Assembly (NCBI GenBank): GCA_900088475.1
Contig: FLMG01003845.1
Location: 1 to 37,387 of the forward strand
Length of the DNA: 37,387 nucleotides
Source of the DNA: Hyphochytrium catenoides
Lineage: Eukaryota; Protista; Hyphochytriomycota
Reading direction: 5' to 3'
The notes beneath the pieces are model-generated. The model saw nothing but the letters and a program-made list of their open reading frames with translations. It searched no databases and was not told where the DNA came from. The number at the start of each line of letters is the position of its first letter. The first letter of the stretch is position 1. The translations under genes and the position numbers were made by a program. Below, piece by piece: positions 35,765 through 37,387 of this stretch.

Positions 35765-37387
35765 TTGCTGTTTCCTTTCAACAGTAATATGCTGCACTTT
35801 TCACTGGACACCAAAGACAATGGACGGGCGTATGCAGAATGGACTCTTTCCCTGTCTTTCTGCTCTATTTTCATCAAGGGAGATAGTCAAGGTGTGTCTT
35901 CCTGAGACGTTTCTGGGTAGAGCGAGCCCATGCACGCACTCAGAGGAAGATTGCAAGAGACCTGAAAGAGAGCAAAGAGAGAGAGAGAAAGAGAAAGAAA
36001 GAGTCAAAGAGACAGGAAAGGAGACAACTGCGGGGACCGAAGGCTTCTCACTAAACCAACCCTTAAAATTTGATCAAATAGTAATCCATGCCAGGTAAAC
36101 GGCGCCGAGCCTGTAGAGGCGTTTCGTTGAGACTTCGAGGGGAGGGAAAGAGAGAGAGTTATGGTGAGGAAGAGAGAGAACTGCTGTCTGAGGAGGAGAC
36201 AGACCTGAAGAAGCAGCACATCTTGGGGACGATGTTGAGGGACAGACAGGTGCTGGAAAGGGAGATAGATTGAGAGGTAGATAGATCTATCTATACTTTG
36301 AGAGAGAGAGTGAGAAAGAGAATGAGGAGACAAAGCACTTCCTTCCGACAGCCAGAGCAATGAAGCAGGGAGATTTTGGGCTCTTGAGCCCCTGAGTGAT
36401 CAGTACCAAGTGGGGCTTTAGACTTCCAAGTTTCCTGTTCCCCTGTCTCTCTATCAAACCAGAGCGACCTTGCACGGCTACCGTTATCTTGGTTGCTGTT
36501 CCTCACTCAGTAAAGCAAAGCGTATCTGCAGATGACGAGGCAGAGACGCTTATGGAAGGAGAAGAGATGAAGTCTTTCTTCTGCATGATTCTCTTCTGAT
36601 TTATCGCTGCCTGACAATGGAGACATCGACTCTTCTCTCCTTCTCGTGCCGTCTGTCGCTCTCTTTCATTCGTTTCTCCTTCCTTTCCGCTAGTTGTCTC
36701 CCTTCTATGTTCTTTCCCTTATTCTCCTTGGTTCCCTATATATGAGTTCCTCCTCAAAGATCATTACTAGCGAGAGTGCGCTGGGTCCTGAAGAAGTAAC
36801 GACGCGTCAAGAGAGATGCGTTCGATAGTAGACTTTGGCCTGTCACCTGCTCCTGAGATAAGCTTAGCGTTGTCTTTCTATCGGCATGCCATACCAGCGC
36901 CCCGAGTACATGGTATCAGTAGTCTTTTCCTCTAACAACAGACCTGGAAGACCTGAGAGAAAGACTCACTCAGTGGAATTTCCAACCAAGAAGCAGAAAC
37001 GCGAGGATGCAGCTTTCAGTGCGGTCTTGGGCGTCGCACGGTCACAGGAGACCAAGTTCATTCATCTTACCGCCGTTGATGCAGCAGCAGGAGAAGGAAG
37101 GGTGACCTGCTCTTTAGCAGCGGCTGCCTGAAAAAGGGGAAAGGAAAAGAGAGGGTCCGTGCCCAAGACAGGAGCAGAAGAGGATGTCGGCAGACGTGAC
37201 AGGACCATGCGGTAGATCTGCGGACCGCAATGAAAAAAGAGGCAAATTAACGCGGAGCTGACCCTAAACAACTCAAAGGCCGGAGATAAGCTCTTCGAAG
37301 CATTGACAGGTCGCCTAGTACATTATCTTGCTTTCAAGGTATGCTCCCTGATCGTCAGGTCCACTGCTAGCTCAGCACGCTACGCTG

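Overview
Eukaryotic nuclear DNA from an intron-rich, (GA/CT)n-microsatellite-rich genome, possibly a stramenopile-type protist (an inference from protein motifs). The right ~24 kb is a compact housekeeping cluster. I rebuilt its genes exon by exon with GT-AG introns and consistent reading frame: MTO1/GidA (+, 15 exons), PRP4 kinase (-, 7 exons), TTI1 (+, 6 exons), an uncharacterised Cys-rich C2H2 membrane protein (-, 7 exons) and TIM13 (+, at least 3 exons, C-terminus unresolved). The left ~13 kb is different. It holds two ORFs with no coding introns (a 940-aa polytopic membrane protein with an internal duplication, and a Cys-to-Asp rhodanese with a Cys/His insert) among decayed transposon relics. 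The relics are a ~1.5-kb element with ~245-bp inverted repeats and hAT/BED-like remnants, a second hAT-like relic ending in a 178-bp tandem duplication, and a possible chromovirus integrase tail. The most interesting signals are bipartite GA-rich-5'/CT-rich-3' introns that could fold back on themselves, a two-class 5' splice-site pattern, and a CpA-to-TpA bias in the repeats. I cannot establish a new biological system from sequence alone. All family assignments come from recognised motifs, not database searches.
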